Shown piece by piece: positions 1 through 13,153 of a stretch of 20,000 nt of DNA (positions are counted from its first letter, which is position 1; every line of letters begins with the position of its first letter). Source of the stretch: Vicugna vicugna (taxonomy: Eukaryota); the NCBI GenBank assembly GCA_013265495.1, contig MU058367.1, positions 58,055 through 78,054 of the forward strand, given 5' to 3'. Position numbers and translations under genes: made by a program. The notes below the pieces were generated by a model. The model was not told where the DNA came from. It ran no database searches and saw only the letters and a program-made list of their open reading frames with translations.

Positions 1-490
1 AAAAGCAGACAAATGATAAATAGACAAAGAAATGTAAGAGCTGTTTATTCTTTGAGGAAAAAGATAAAATAAAATAGGCAACCTGCTACTTAGTCTAGTA
101 AATCAAAAGAACAAAACATACATAGATAATAATAAGAAGATATAACCACAAACATACAGAGAGATTTTCCAAATTACAACACTGTATACAACTCAAAGCA
201 ATAAATATATTTTTTAAATCCCAAAGAAATGAATTACTTTCTACAAAAATGCAGATGAACAATATTGATTCAGAAGAGACAAATGAGCGTTAACAGACCA
301 CCAAAGTCTGGAAGATACATAAAAAGCTATCAAAGTTTTACATATAAGAAAAACGTCAGGTCCAGAGAGTCACATGAGCAAGGTTTTCTGAACCTCAAGG
401 AATATACAATTTTCATGCTATCTGAACTGTTTTGGAGCATAGAAAACTATGGACATTTTCCAAATCCAAATTCTGAAACCTTACAAAAGG
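1..490 (+). mobile_element. Ancient L1 ORF2 fragment
   Basis: A-rich degenerate L1 ORF2 motifs: gatataaccaca, aggtccagagag, aactgttttggagcatagaaaa. Confidence 0.6.
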
Positions 491-494
491 AATA

Positions 495-522
495 GATGGA
501 TGGTTGGATGGATGGATGGATA
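495..522. repeat. (GGAT)n microsatellite
   Basis: gatggatggttggatggatggatggata. Confidence 0.8.
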
Positions 523-604
523 AATAACTGTGTAGCAAGTAGGCAGGTGGGTGGATATATAGATAACTCTCATTCTTGAATATAGATGCACAAATACAAG
601 CATA

Positions 605-1330
605 CTCTGACCAATTCTCACTTCTTCTACAATAACCACCCTAGTCTCAGCCTCCATCATCTGTCTCTTAGGTTATTAAATAATTTTCTAAACTGATCTC
701 TCTGCTTCTGTCCTTGCTCATTTCTCACACGCCTACCAGAGAGATCTTTCTAAAACATAAGTTGTAGCATTCTCTGCTATATTCATTCCTCTGCTCATGT
801 CTGTCCACTAACTTGCTATTTTCTCAGAGTAAAAGCCAATGATCTTACAGTGGTCTTACAAAACTCATCCCCCCCACACACCCCCGTGTCTTGGACCTCT
901 TCTAACACTCTCATTACTTGCTCAGTTCCAGCCACCCTGGCCTCCTGCAGTTCTCATAATATGACAGGCACACTTCCACCTCACAGTCTTTGCACTTACT
1001 GGTCTCTATGCCTAGACAATTCTTACCTCAGATAAAGGCATGACTCACTCTTTTACCTCCTTCAGATGTCTGCTCAAATGTCCCCTTCTTGGTAGAACAT
1101 CAGAGGACCCTACCACAAACATTCTTATCCTAGCCTGGTTCATTATTCTCCACAACATTTATCACCATCTGACCTATTGCATGTTTTATTCATATATTTG
1201 ATTCATTTTATCTGTTCCCCATTAAAATATAAGCTCCACAGGGGCTGGAATTACACTGTTTATGCCTGAATCCCTAACACCTAGAACAGTGCCTGGCACA
1301 TAGTAGATTTTTAACAAAAATTTGAGGGAA
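605..1330 (+). mobile_element. LINE-2 (L2a-like) 3' portion
   Basis: Pyrimidine-rich L2 body ending in taagctccacaggg...acctagaacagtgcctggcacatagtag, the typical L2 3' end. Confidence 0.8.
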
Positions 1331-1369
1331 AGTTGAAAAAAACCAGCATGAAAAAGAATGAACTCTCCC

Positions 1370-1720
1370 CACAAAAATGGGCAATTTGCTGGAAAAGTAA
1401 AGAATACAGATAGAAGTCCAATAAATTTATGGGAAAAATAACTTTACAAGTAATTTTTAATGTAAGTTTAAACAGTGAGATCACTCTTATGATCTATTAA
1501 ATTATCAAAAAAAGTTAAAATAATAAAAGCCAATGTTGAGAAAAATGAGAAACAAGGCATGTTATCGAATATCGCTGGTTGTGCTTAAATTGGTACAGCC
1601 AGTCCTGAGGACAGTTTGACAATATGTATGGAGAGCCTTTTAAAGTATTTTTTTCCTTTGTCTTAATTTCTGGAAAATTTGTTTTAGGGAAACAAGAATA
1701 TTCACTAACATTTGACTAGA
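1370..1720 (+). mobile_element. Ancient L1 (L1ME-like) fragment, end of ORF2
   Basis: Motifs aatgggcaa, acagtgagatcac, taaattggtacagcc, ggacagtttgacaatatgtat. Confidence 0.55.
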
Positions 1721-2410
1721 AAAATAATTATCACTCTATAATCATATAATAATCATATTCCTGACTGTAAAATGATATAAAGTATGAAGAGATAAAAATG
1801 ATTAAAACACCTGTCCCTGTTCTTTCCCCAACTGCTATGGGGGGGAATTCGTTTTTGTCAGCTTGTATACTGGACTTCAGCATTGCAGAATCTATAAAAT
1901 TAGTAGCAAAAGTGGAGAATGGAACATAATTTTAGAGAGAAAAAAAGGCTAGAAGTTAATAATTGCCTTACTTGGTATGATGGGATTATGACTGTTACTT
2001 TATGATATTTCTTACTTTCCAATTCTTCTACAATTAACTGGATTTTTGGTAAATGATGACAAAATTAGGTTTTTAAAAAATGAGAATTTAAATAGCACCA
2101 CTATTGTGGACAAATGGAATTTGTTGAAATTCATTGGAATACTTTCAAGTTAGGGATTAAACTGGAATTTTGACTGCAAAAACATTAAAAGAAAAAAATT
2201 GGGGCTTTTGTGTCAAAATGATGACTGAGGACATGGATTTTATTCCTCACCCTCCTGAGGTCACATTAAAATAATAATGAATAATTTTTAGAAAAATAAA
2301 TAAATGAATATAATCCCATAAGAAGAAAGAGGAAAAGTAGAGGGAAATTTTCATAGACAAGAGATTCTTACAAATTACAGGAAGATGAAAAGATGATGGC
2401 AAAGTGTATT

Positions 2411-2908
2411 TAGTCAGCCCTTTATATCCTTGGGTTTCACATTTACAGATTCACCCAATCAAGAATCAAAAATAGTCACACCCAGGGGGAAGGTATATAG
2501 CTCAGTAGTAGAGCGCATGCCTAGCATGCACGAGGTCCTGGGTTCAATCCCCAGTACCTCCATGAAATAAATAAATAAACAAACAAACGAACGAAACTAA
2601 TCACCCCCCAAAAAACAAAATTCATACCCAAACAAAATAATTCTAGAAATTTCCAAAAAGCAAAACTTGAATTCCCTACATACCACTAACTATTGTCACA
2701 TCATTTGCATTGTATTTACAACTATTTACATAGTATTTGCATTGTATTAGGTATTATAAGTAATCTAGAGATCCTTTAAAGTATATGGGAGGATCTATGT
2801 GCAGATTATATGCAACTGAGTATGCCATTTTTAATAAGCATCTTTGGAGTTTGGGATCCATGGCAGGAGCCTGGAAACAATCCCTCTGCAGATACCAAGG
2901 GATGATTG
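2411..2908. mobile_element. Tigger2/MER2-like non-autonomous DNA transposon (TcMar-Tigger), interrupted by a SINE
   Basis: Degenerate terminal inverted repeats tagtcagccctttatatcc and agataccaagggatgattg, with TA after the right end. Diagnostic core gtattaggtattataagtaatctagagat. Confidence 0.8.
2485..2621 (+). mobile_element. tRNA-derived SINE (camelid vic-1-like)
   Basis: A box tagctcagtagtagagc, B box ggttcaatccc, (aaat)n tail. Degenerate target-site duplication tcacaccca (2476-2484) / tcataccca (2622-2630). Confidence 0.85.
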
Positions 2909-3169
2909 TATTTGTGAAAGGACAAAAGGAAGCCCCACTCCTGAACACACGCAGAAGGAAATGTAGCCAGGGAAAAGACTGAAACCAGGAGTGGTTCAGT
3001 CAAATAGGACCGAGGCTGGAGGATGAAGACAGTGGCTAAAAATTGGGGGATCATTTCTAGATGCATATGCTTAACAATCCATCTCACACTCTTCCCCCAT
3101 GCATAAGAGCTTATAGTCAAGCACTTAATGCAAAACAAAGTAATTTGAGAGTTCTTCTTCTAAAGAAAT

Positions 3170-4825
3170 TGTTCTGATTATCTATGGATTACTTTGGGTG
3201 ATGTGCATATTTTAATAATGTTAATTCTTCCATTCCATGAAAATGGGATACTTTTTCCATTTTTTTGCATCATCTTCAATTTCTTTCATCAGTGTTCTGG
3301 AGTTTTCAGAACATAGGTTTTTTTGCTTCCTTGGTTAAGTTTATTCCCACGTGTTTTTACGTGCCATTTTAAATGGGATTGTTTTCTTTCTTTCTCTTTC
3401 TGATAGTTCACCATTAGTGTATAGAAATGTAACAGATTTCTATATATTAATTTTGTCTCCGACGACTTTACTGCAAAATGTGACAGTTTTACTTCTTCCC
3501 TTCCAGTTTGGATGCCTTTTATGTTTTTTCCTGTCTGACTGCTGTGGCTAGGACTCCCAATACCATGTTAAAAAGAAGTGGTGAGAGTAGGCATCCTTGT
3601 CTTGTTCCTGATTTTAGAAGGAAAGCTTTCAGTTTTTCCCTATTGAGTATGATGTTAGCTGTGGGTTTGTCATAAATGGCCTTTATTATGTTGAGATATG
3701 TTCCCTCTGTACCAACTTTGAGGAGAGTTTTTATCACTAATACATGTTGAATTTTGTCAAATACATTTTTTGATTCTGTTGAGATGTTCATGTGATTTTT
3801 ATTCTTCATTTTGTTAATGTGACGCATCACATTGGTTGATTTGTAGATTTTGAGCCTTCCTAGCATCTCTGGAATAAATCCCACTTAATCATGATATATG
3901 ATTCTTTTTACATATTGTTGAATTCAGTTTGCTAATATTTGGTTGAGAATTTTTGCTATGTTCATCAGAGATATTGGCCTATAATTTTCTTTTTTCTTTT
4001 CTTTTCTTTTTTTGTAGTGTCTTCATCTGGTTTTGGTATCAGGGTAATGGTGGCCTCATAGAATAAATCCAGGAGTGTTTCCTCCTCTTCAGTTTTTTGG
4101 AATACTTTGGGAAGCACAGATTTTAGCTTTTCCTAATCTGTTTGGTAGAATTCTCCTGTGATGCTGTCCAGTCCTGGACTTCTGTTTACTGAGAGATTCA
4201 ATTTTACTACCACTGACTGGTATGTTCAGATTACCTTTTTCTTCCTGATTCAGTTTCAGAAGATTATATGTTTCTAGGAATTTATCCATTTCAACTAGGT
4301 TGCCCAATTTGTTGGCCTATAATTGTCCATAGTATCACTCATGATTTTTTGTATCTCTGTAATATTGGTTGTAATTTTTCCACTTTCATTTCTTATTTTG
4401 TTTATTTGGGTCTCTTGTTTTGTTAAAGAGCCTGGCTAAAGGCTTATCAATTTTATATTTTAAAAAAATCAGCTTTTAGTTTCATTGATCTTTTCTTTTC
4501 TTTCCTTCTTTTTTTAAGTCTCTATTTTATTTATTTCCATTCTGATCTTTATTTCTTTCCTTCTGCTCATTTTGCGCTTTGTTTGTTCTTCTTTTTCTAA
4601 TTCCTTTAGATGGCAGATCAGGTTGTTTATTTGCTATTTTTCTTGTTTTTTTGAGGTACGCCTGCATCCCTATAAACTTCCCTCTTAGAATTGCTTTTGC
4701 TGCATCCTACAGATTTTGGAAAGTTGTGTTTTAATTTTTTATTTGTCTTGAGGTATTTTTTATTTTCTCTTTGATTTTTTTCATTGATTCATTTTTTTAA
4801 AATAGCATGTTCTTTAGTCTCCACT
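3170..4825 (-). mobile_element. L1 ORF2 (reverse transcriptase region) fragment
   Basis: ORFs 3519-3884 ([32 protein letters not shown]) and 4089-4307 (EMDKFLETYNL) are L1 ORF2p motifs. The frame is broken. Confidence 0.95.
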
Positions 4826-6110
4826 CCTTTGTCCATTTTAAAATTGGGTTTATCTTTTTGTTGTTGGGTATATGGGTTCTCTTAATATTTCGGATACTAG
4901 ATCTTCATCAGATAAATGATTTGCAAATATTTTAGCCAATTCTGTAGGTTGCCTGTTTACTCTCTTGATGGAGTTTGATACATAAAAGTTTTTAATTTCA
5001 ATGGAATCCAACTTATCTATTTTTTCTTTTGTTATTTATGTTTTTGGTATTATATTTAAGAAAACCATTGCCAAATACAAGGTCATGAAGATTTACTCCT
5101 ATGTTTTCTTCTAAGAGTTTTATAGTTTTAGGTCTTATATTTAGGTCTTAAGCCAATTTTGAATTAATTTTTGTATATGGAGAGAGGTAAGCATCCAAAT
5201 TAATTCTTTTGTATGTGAATATCCAGTTGTCCCAGCATCATTTGTTGAAGAAAGTATTCTTTCTTATTGAATGATCTTTGGCACTTACGATGAGAAGAGA
5301 ACACCGCTTCTCATGCTTCAGAACCATAAGTCTTTTATGAATATGGTATGTCCCTCTATTTGTTAAGATTCTCTTTAATTTCTCTTTTCATCTGTAAAAC
5401 TCTTGCACATCTTTTATTAGCTCTATTTCAAGGTATTTGATACTATATGGTTTAAGTTTTTCTGAACATTTATCACTGGTGTTTAAAATCTAAATTATTT
5501 TTTATATCTTTCCTTGTATCCCCCAACTTGTCCAAACTCATTTATTAATCGTAATACATTTTCCATAGTTTTTTTTTGGATTTTCTGCTTACATAATCAT
5601 ATCATCTGGAAATGATGACAATTTTATTTCTCTCTCTTCTCCCCCTGACCCAATCACACTGCATAGGATCCTTACTCATTACACAGAAGGAGGATCCAGG
5701 CATCTTTGTCTTGTTTCTCATCTCAAAGGGAAAACTTTCAACAATTCACCAAATGATATATTTGTTGTTGATTCCTTGTAGTCAGCCTTCATCAGAGCAA
5801 GGAAGTTGACTTCTCTTCCTTGTTTGTGAAGAGATTTTTATCCTGGATAGATATTAGTTTTCTAAAAACACTTTGTATCCATTGAGATAGTTGTATGACT
5901 TTTGTCTTTGATTCCATTAATGTGGATTTACATTGACAGGATTTTTTGCATCAGGTTTGATGTTAAGCCAGCCTTGCATTCCTGGTATGAACTCAACTTT
6001 ACATATAAATATACATATATATATATATAGTTGGATATACATTGCTAACATTTGATTTGGATTTTTGCATCAAAGTTAATGAGTGAGTGTGGCTTTTAAT
6101 AATTTTTTCT
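4826..6110 (-). mobile_element. Older L1 ORF2 fragments
   Basis: Antisense L1 motifs gatttgcaaatatttt, ccagttgtcccagcatcatttgttgaa, ccagccttgcattcctgg. Confidence 0.75.
6003..6029. repeat. (TA)n microsatellite
   Basis: atataaatatacatatatatatatata. Confidence 0.7.
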
Positions 6111-6720
6111 TTTAATGTTTCATTTGAGAACACTGTTAGATTTACCAAAAAATCACAAAGACAATACTAGCGAAGTCCCATATACCCCAACCCATTTTCA
6201 TTTATTACTAACATCTTACATTAGTATTGCTGCATTTTTAATAAACCAATCTTAATACATTATTATTAGCAGAAGCCCATGCTTCATTCAGATTTCCTCA
6301 CTTTTCCCTGATGTTCTTCCCCTGATCTGGGTCCCACATTACATGTACTCATGCATCCTTTGGCTCCTCTGGACTGTGATGGTTTCTCAGACTTTCCTTG
6401 TTTGTGATGGTCTTCATAGTTTTGAGGAGTGCTGATCAGTGTTTTTAGAATGTCCCTCTGTTGGAATTTATCTGATGCTTTTTTCATGATTAAACTGGGG
6501 TTATAGCTTTCGGGAAGGAGGACCACAGAACGAAATGCTGTTTTCATCACATCGTATCAAAGGTCCATGCTGTCACTGTGATTCACCACTGCTGGTGTTG
6601 ACCTTGATCACCTGGCTGAGGGAGTGTCTGCCATATGTCTCTATGGTGAAGTTACCCACACCAAGCACCACCACCCTCTTTTCATAGGGTGCTTTTGGGA
6701 AGGAAAAGGCACCTAAGGAG
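6111..6720 (-). mobile_element. L1MC-like 3' end
   Basis: Motifs aacatcttacattag, gtttctcagactttccttg, ttgaccttgatcacctggctgag, typical of L1MC 3' UTRs in antisense. Confidence 0.7.
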
Positions 6721-6935
6721 AGGGTAACATTCCTTTATAACCTTCCATTCTGGTTCTTGGATGCTGGCTTCACAAAATGGCTCACAGAGCACTCCCTTCT
6801 TTTCTGTTGTCTGTGGTGGTTTGTGCAAAATGTTATTTTTTCCTTAAATGTTTTCTAGCATTACTGGTGAAGCGTTTCCTTTAAGGGATGTTTTTTGAAA
6901 CTTTTAGTTTCTTTGCTATGTGTAAGAGTGTGTAG

Positions 6936-7076
6936 CGGGGAGGATATAGCTCAGTGGTAGAGTGTGTGTCTAGCATGCACAAGGTCCTGGGTTCAATCCT
7001 CAGTACCTCCATCAAAAAATAAAATAAATAAATCAATTAATTAACAAACCTAATTCCCCCCCAATCGTTTTTAGAA
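6936..7076 (+). mobile_element. tRNA-derived SINE (vic-1-like) with 12-bp target-site duplication
   Basis: tagctcagtggtagag...ggttcaatcctcag, followed by an A-rich tail. Target-site duplication aagagtgtgtag (6924-6935) / aagagtgtgcag (7077-7088). Confidence 0.9.
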
Positions 7077-7204
7077 AAGAGTGTGCAGATTTTCTATTTC
7101 TTTTCATATCAGTTTTTCTAAGTTGTATTTTCAAGGATTTTCTAAGAATCTTTCTAAATCTTCTAATTTTTTGACATAGTTTTTTTTTTATAATAAATTC
7201 TCGT

Positions 7205-9090
7205 CTTATTTTGGGAACAGATTTTCCTCCACACACTATACAGCTCACCCATTTATAGTGTAAAATTCCGTGCTTTGAGGGGGTATATTCACAGAACTGT
7301 GCAACCACAGTCAAATTTGGAACCCTTTTACTACCTCATAAAGAAACCCACACCCATTGGTGGTCAGCCCCCCACTCTCCCCTTCCTTTGGCCTGTGGCA
7401 ACCTCTTTTCTGACTCTGTAGATTTGCTTATTCTGGACATTTCATATAAATGGAATCGTGCAATATGTGGCTGTGATTGGCTTCTTTCACATAACAGAAT
7501 GTTTTCAAGGTTCACACATGTATCAGTATTTCGTTGTTTTCATCATAAAATAATATTTCATTCTATGTGTAGGTCACATTTTATTTATCAGTTTGTTAGC
7601 TGATGGACATTTGAGTTGTTCTACTTTTTCATGCTGATGTGAACTTCTGTGTGCAGGTTTCTGGGTAGACTTGTTTTCACTCCTTCTGATGACATGCTCG
7701 GAGTGGAATTGCTGGGTCATATCCATCTCTGTGTTTAATATTTAGAGAAACTACCAGATGCTTTTGCAAAGTGGTAGCATTCCGTTACATTCCCACCGTC
7801 AGCGCCTGAGGTTCCACTTTCTTCCATACCTTGCCCACACCTGATGTCTGTCTTGCAAGTCTAGCCATCTTACTAGATGAGAAATAGTATCTCGTGGTGG
7901 TTTTGCTTTGCATCTTTATAACAGCTAATGCTGGTGAGCATATTTTCATGTGCCTGCTGACAATGTGTATATCTTCTTTGGACAAATGTCTATTCAGATC
8001 CTTCACCCATTTTTAATTTGAGTTATTTGTCTTTTTATTATTGAGATCTTTATATATTCTAGATACCAGTTCTTATCAGATACACGATTTGCAGTATTTT
8101 TCCCATTCTGTGGGCTGTCTTTTTACTTTCTTAATGAGGTTTTCTGAAGCATAAAAGGCTTTGATTTTGCTAAAATTCAATTTTTTAATTTTTCCTTTTG
8201 TTGCTTGTGTTTTTGATGTCATACCTTAAGAAACTACTACCTAACCTAAGACACAAAGATCTGCTCCCATGTTCTGCTGCCTGTTAAACGTATGCTCCAT
8301 TTTGAGTTATGATGTGAGTTAGGGTGTGTGTCAGGGGTCCCCAAGACCACCCTTAGGCTAGATTTCCTACAAGGACTCACAGATCTAAGTAGTTGTTCTA
8401 CTTAAGGTTATGATTTATTACAGCAAAAGGACACAGATTAAAATCAGCAAAGGGAAAAGATACATGAGTGAAGTCCAGGAAAAACCAGGTGCAAATACCA
8501 GGTGTTCCTCTCCCCCCACAAGGGGAGCTGCAGGAGAAGTGCTTCATTCTTCTGGCAGTGATGGGGGACAACAGATGCATTGTGCTGCCAACCAGGGAAG
8601 CCCACCTGAGCCTTGGTGTCCAGGATTTTTACTGGGGATCAGTCATGTAGGCTTGTAGCACATGTGTCATTGACAGCTGCTCAGACTCTGGACCCAGAGC
8701 AAAAATAGCTTTTTGCCATAAATCAGTTGTTAGCATAAAGTATTGGTGACATTGCAATAGCCCAGAGCCTCTGACACACAGACTTTCTTCAGGCAGAATA
8801 TTCCAGTGGCTGAGTCAGTTCCTTGGAGCCAGCCAAGGGCCAGGCCTTTCCTGGGAGTGTGCAGGGTTCCGTCATCCCTGGCCTGCTGGGTTGACTTTCC
8901 TACACGGGGTCCAGCTTCATTATTTTGCATGTGGTTGCTCAGTTGTCTCAATACTGTTTGTTGAAAAGACAAAATTTTCCCCATTGACTAGCTTTCACAC
9001 CCTTGTTGAAAAATGAATTGACTGTAAATGTGAGGGTTTATTTCTGGACTCAATTCTATTTTATCAATCTTTATGTTTATCCGATAGTAT
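7205..9090 (-). mobile_element. L1 (L1MA/MB-like) 3' end and ORF2 C-terminus, split by an LTR
   Basis: ORF 7785-8006 MKDLNRHLSKEDI is L1 ORF2p C-terminal sequence. 3' UTR motif ttctggacatttcatataaatggaat. The L1 resumes at gggtccagcttcatt after the LTR. Confidence 0.85.
8325..8906 (-). mobile_element. Solo LTR, MER21-like (ERVL class)
   Basis: Motifs tgtcaggggtccccaagaccaccc and aaaatcagcaaagggaaaag. AATAAA on the - strand near 8414. About 580 bp inserted cleanly in an L1. Confidence 0.75.
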
Positions 9091-9099
9091 ATTCTTATA

Positions 9100-9480
9100 A
9101 ACTCTTAGTATCTGTAAATTGTCTGGAAATGGCTCTCTCTTTATTTGTAGTTTTTATAATTCATGCCTTGTCTGGTGTTTTCTTGATCAGTATTGCTGGG
9201 CATTTGTTTCTTTATAAAACAGCTTCATCTTAGTTGATCACCCTCTATTATAAGCTTGCTTTCTGTTTCATTAATTTTTGCTCTTAGATATTCATTTCCC
9301 TCTATTTTGGGGAGAGTTTATGTTTTTATAAGTTAGTGCTGAATATCAGATTATTATTATCTTAGGCTTTTTTTGTTTTCTAATTTATGGATCCAAACCT
9401 TCAAATTTACCTTTTAGCAAACCTGTTCTACATTGCATGAGTTTGAATATGTAATATTTTCATTTTCATTCATATCGCTA
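9100..9480 (-). mobile_element. Ancient L1 ORF2 fragment
   Basis: Degenerate T-rich antisense L1: ttctgtttcattaatttttgctctt, catgagtttgaatatgtaatattttcatt. Confidence 0.5.
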
Positions 9481-10069
9481 TGAATTTGAATTCAATTCAA
9501 CTTGAATCGGAAAATTTGCCTTTTTAAATGGAAATTTTCCTTTTTTTTTTTTGTTATTAGGAAAGCAAAAAAATCTCCAAAGCAGAGAAAACAGGCATGT
9601 TTCTCTGTGAAATGAGGATAGCAGGGTCTCTGATGCCGTCACAGAGATGAAGTCTGAGCAGTGTATTTCCTTCTAGCCTTTTTATGCATATTAAATCACT
9701 GTGCCATTATTGTTTACCAGACAGGATTTGGGCTACAAACATGTGACTTCTTTTTTCTTTTTCAGATAATAACACATTTGCCTTCCTGAATCTTTATCTT
9801 CTTTTTCTTTTGAAGTCTTTCACAGAGAGATACACTGTGATGGATTCAGAAGTGTTTTGAGTCAGTTACCAGAGGCCCCTGATAGCTCCAGGCCAAGCAG
9901 ATCAGTCCCTGCCCTCAAGGCACTCATGGTCTGATGGGGTCAGAGCCAGGAGCAGGGACAGCTGCAGGTGCAGAGCAGGAGGCCAGGGAGAGGCCCTGTG
10001 CACAGGGGAGGCAGCCTCCCAGTGTGTGCCAGGCGCACGGAGCTCAGCTGTCACCCTCCAGCACACTGA

Positions 10070-10417
<348 letters not shown>

Positions 10418-10807
10418 TGAGTCCAATTCTCAACCTGAACCACCCACAGTAAATTAGCTGCAGAAGGTCTAAGCAGTCTGGAGACCCAGGGACAAGGGTG
10501 TGTTTACTTGGGGCCTGGGGATCTCTCAAAATCTGTCTGACAATTTTGTCCACCAGGCCTGTAGGGACACGCCAGCCAGCAACTCATCTCCCGTCTCGTA
10601 TGCCTTATCATCAGTAATTTTGCTTCTGTTCCTTTTGGCCCCTCCTACAAATCGGTCAACAACTGCATACATATTGTAGAGCTCTTGAAGTGACTGTGAG
10701 CTAGTTTTCTATTAATGTGCATCCTTATAGATAAAGTTGTCTTTCAGAGACATTTTTGTAAAATGTAGCTCAGGGGCTCACATGTGTATTGATTTCACTT
10801 TGTCGCT

Positions 10808-11335
10808 TTATGGTTGAGGTAATTGTCACCTGGTGTGGCAGGACTTCAGCATTAAAAAGATTTTCCAGTCTGAGGCATCCCAGTTTTCGTTCCCTCGCCC
10901 AGAGGACTTAGTGGAGGTTTTCATGTTTCCAGTAATGCCTTGGTTTTGCTCACACTCACTGTGATACAGCCTCACGAAGTGGGAGACGTGCTCCAAGGGT
11001 GGCACCTGTGGGGGTCTCCGCACGGCAGAGCTGTGTTGGGAACAGGACCATGTTCCAAATGGGCTGGGGACAATTATGGTTGAGGTAATTGTCACCTAGT
11101 GTGGCAGGACTTCAGCATTAAAAAGATTTTCCAGTCTGAGGCGTCCCAGTTTTCGTTCCCTCGCCCAGAGGACTTAGTGGTTTTCATGTTTCCAGTAATG
11201 CCTTGGTTTTGCTCACACTCACTGTGATGCAGCCTCACAAAGTGGGAGACGTGCTCCAAGGGTGGCACCTGTGGGGGTCTCCGCACGGCAGAGCTGTGTT
11301 GGGAACAGGACCATGTTCCAAATGGGCTGGGGACA
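10808..11335. repeat. Head-to-tail tandem duplication, 266-bp period, two copies
   Basis: ttatggttgaggtaattgtcacct starts at 10808 and at 11074. The copies differ by four substitutions and one 3-bp indel. Confidence 0.97.
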
Positions 11336-11709
11336 CAGGCCCAGTCCCCATGATTGTGTTGTTGACTTCATGTTTAAGTCAGAAAATGGGATCCGTCACA
11401 GGGAAGTCAAGTTTCAGGTCTGGGTGAATGTTTGTGGTCTGTTCTCTTGCTGCCCTTAACATAATTCAGTGTTTAAGAAATAAAACATCACTTCTGGGCT
11501 AACTGATGCAAATTGCAACATATCAGGTCTTCTGGGGAGAGTAAGGTCCCCAAGAAAACAACCTATTTTTAAAGTTTTAGGTTGAACTGGCCCATTGCCA
11601 CGTGCCCCCAGCACCCGCAGAGGAACTCACGTGTGAGAGCTGGCCGTATGTTAGGTGAGGACATGCCATAGCACGGCGTCTGTCCTGACCACTTGACCGG
11701 GTGGGTTAG

Positions 11710-11938
<229 letters not shown>

Positions 11939-12496
11939 TGAGATGACCTCACTGCTGTCTGCTCAGGCAGGTCAGGTATTGCCTGTGTTTCTTCTCCTTT
12001 ACGGCCTGCCCAAGTGAATCTGGAGCCTAGACAGCCCGCAATTCACGGGTCTAGTTATTTGCACGCAGAACTTAATTCGACTGCATCAACCCCTGTCCCA
12101 AAGTGCGGGTGAAAGTCTACGTGTTCTTGTTTATGCTGTTTCCTGATGGGGACTTAAATGTTATGATAATTTTGACACTGGATCTAAAGATGATCGTTTC
12201 TAAAGATAAAATTTGGGGGATATTAACAACAGCTTTTCCATGTCCCGAGTCCTCAGTTCCCTCTCCCGGCTCTTTCCGCCTCTCTTGTCCCCGGGGCAGC
12301 TTTGCTCTGCTGTCACAAGCCCTTCTGCTTTTCCTCCCCGTCTGGGGACTTTGTAATTCTTGCTTGTGTCTCTGTGTCGGGGGCTTCTCTCCTGCCAGGC
12401 TTGCAGGAATGCCCAGCAGAGCACGTTGCTGGCTCTGCACGAAGCCTCTCGGGCTCCAGGGAGGAGGCTCTGCGGCGGGAGGAGGATGCTGTGCGT

Positions 12497-12570
12497 GACT
12501 AACGCTGTCTCCCCACCTGTCCCTGTCTGTCTCTGTCTGTCCCCATCTGTCCCCGTCTGTCTGTGTCTAG
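12497..12570 (+). promoter_or_regulatory. Distant branch point (gACTAAC) and long AG-free CT/GT-rich tract of exon C'
   Basis: gactaac lies at 12497-12503. It is followed by about 65 nt of ctgtct/ctgtcc repeats with no AG until the acceptor at 12569-12570. Confidence 0.6.
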
Positions 12571-12718
12571 CTCTGCCTGGTGCACACCATGGCGGAGTCC
12601 TTGTGCTCCACCGAGCTGCTCAGGCAGCTCAAGGCTGCGGGCGCAGAAAGGCTCTTGCATGTGGTGAACGCATTTCTAAGGCAGTCCTACACCTATCCGC
12701 CTCTTTTAACCTTCGGAG
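12571..12718 (+). pseudogene. CYFIP1: CYFIP1 alternative (putative mutually exclusive) exon C', open frame and intact splice sites
   Basis: Bounded by tctag| and |gtgatg; 148 nt, phase 0 to 1. Translates LCLVHTMAESLCSTELLRQLKAAGAERLLHVVNAFLRQSYTYPPLLTFG. This resembles the neighbouring canonical exon ([11 protein letters not shown]...HLINFS) and the MAESL.S.ELLRQLK peptide I recall from alternative mammalian CYFIP1 isoforms. Confidence 0.85.
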
Positions 12719-12887
12719 GTGATGCACTGTTTGTTTTTCTTGTAGACGTTTGCGGCACGAGGTGAACCGCTCTGCTCCGAGTTCTTGGTCCCCAGCCATA
12801 GGGACCCGGCCACTCTGATGGGCGCCGCCCCGTGAGGAGGCTCAGTGGCCTCGGGGCAGCCTCTCTGGTTGACCTGCGTTTGTGTAA

Positions 12888-13153
<266 letters not shown>

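Noticed and set aside
2485..2562. tRNA-Ala-like genes (also at 6936, 15700 and 15953)
   Set aside because: They have degenerate stems, shared A-rich/C-rich tails and target-site duplications, so they are SINEs rather than tRNA genes.
3519..4307. Active reverse transcriptase gene
   Set aside because: These are short broken fragments of a decayed L1 ORF2.
8398..8984. Short ORFs of 60-84 aa
   Set aside because: They lie within LTR and L1 sequence and show no protein homology I can recognise.
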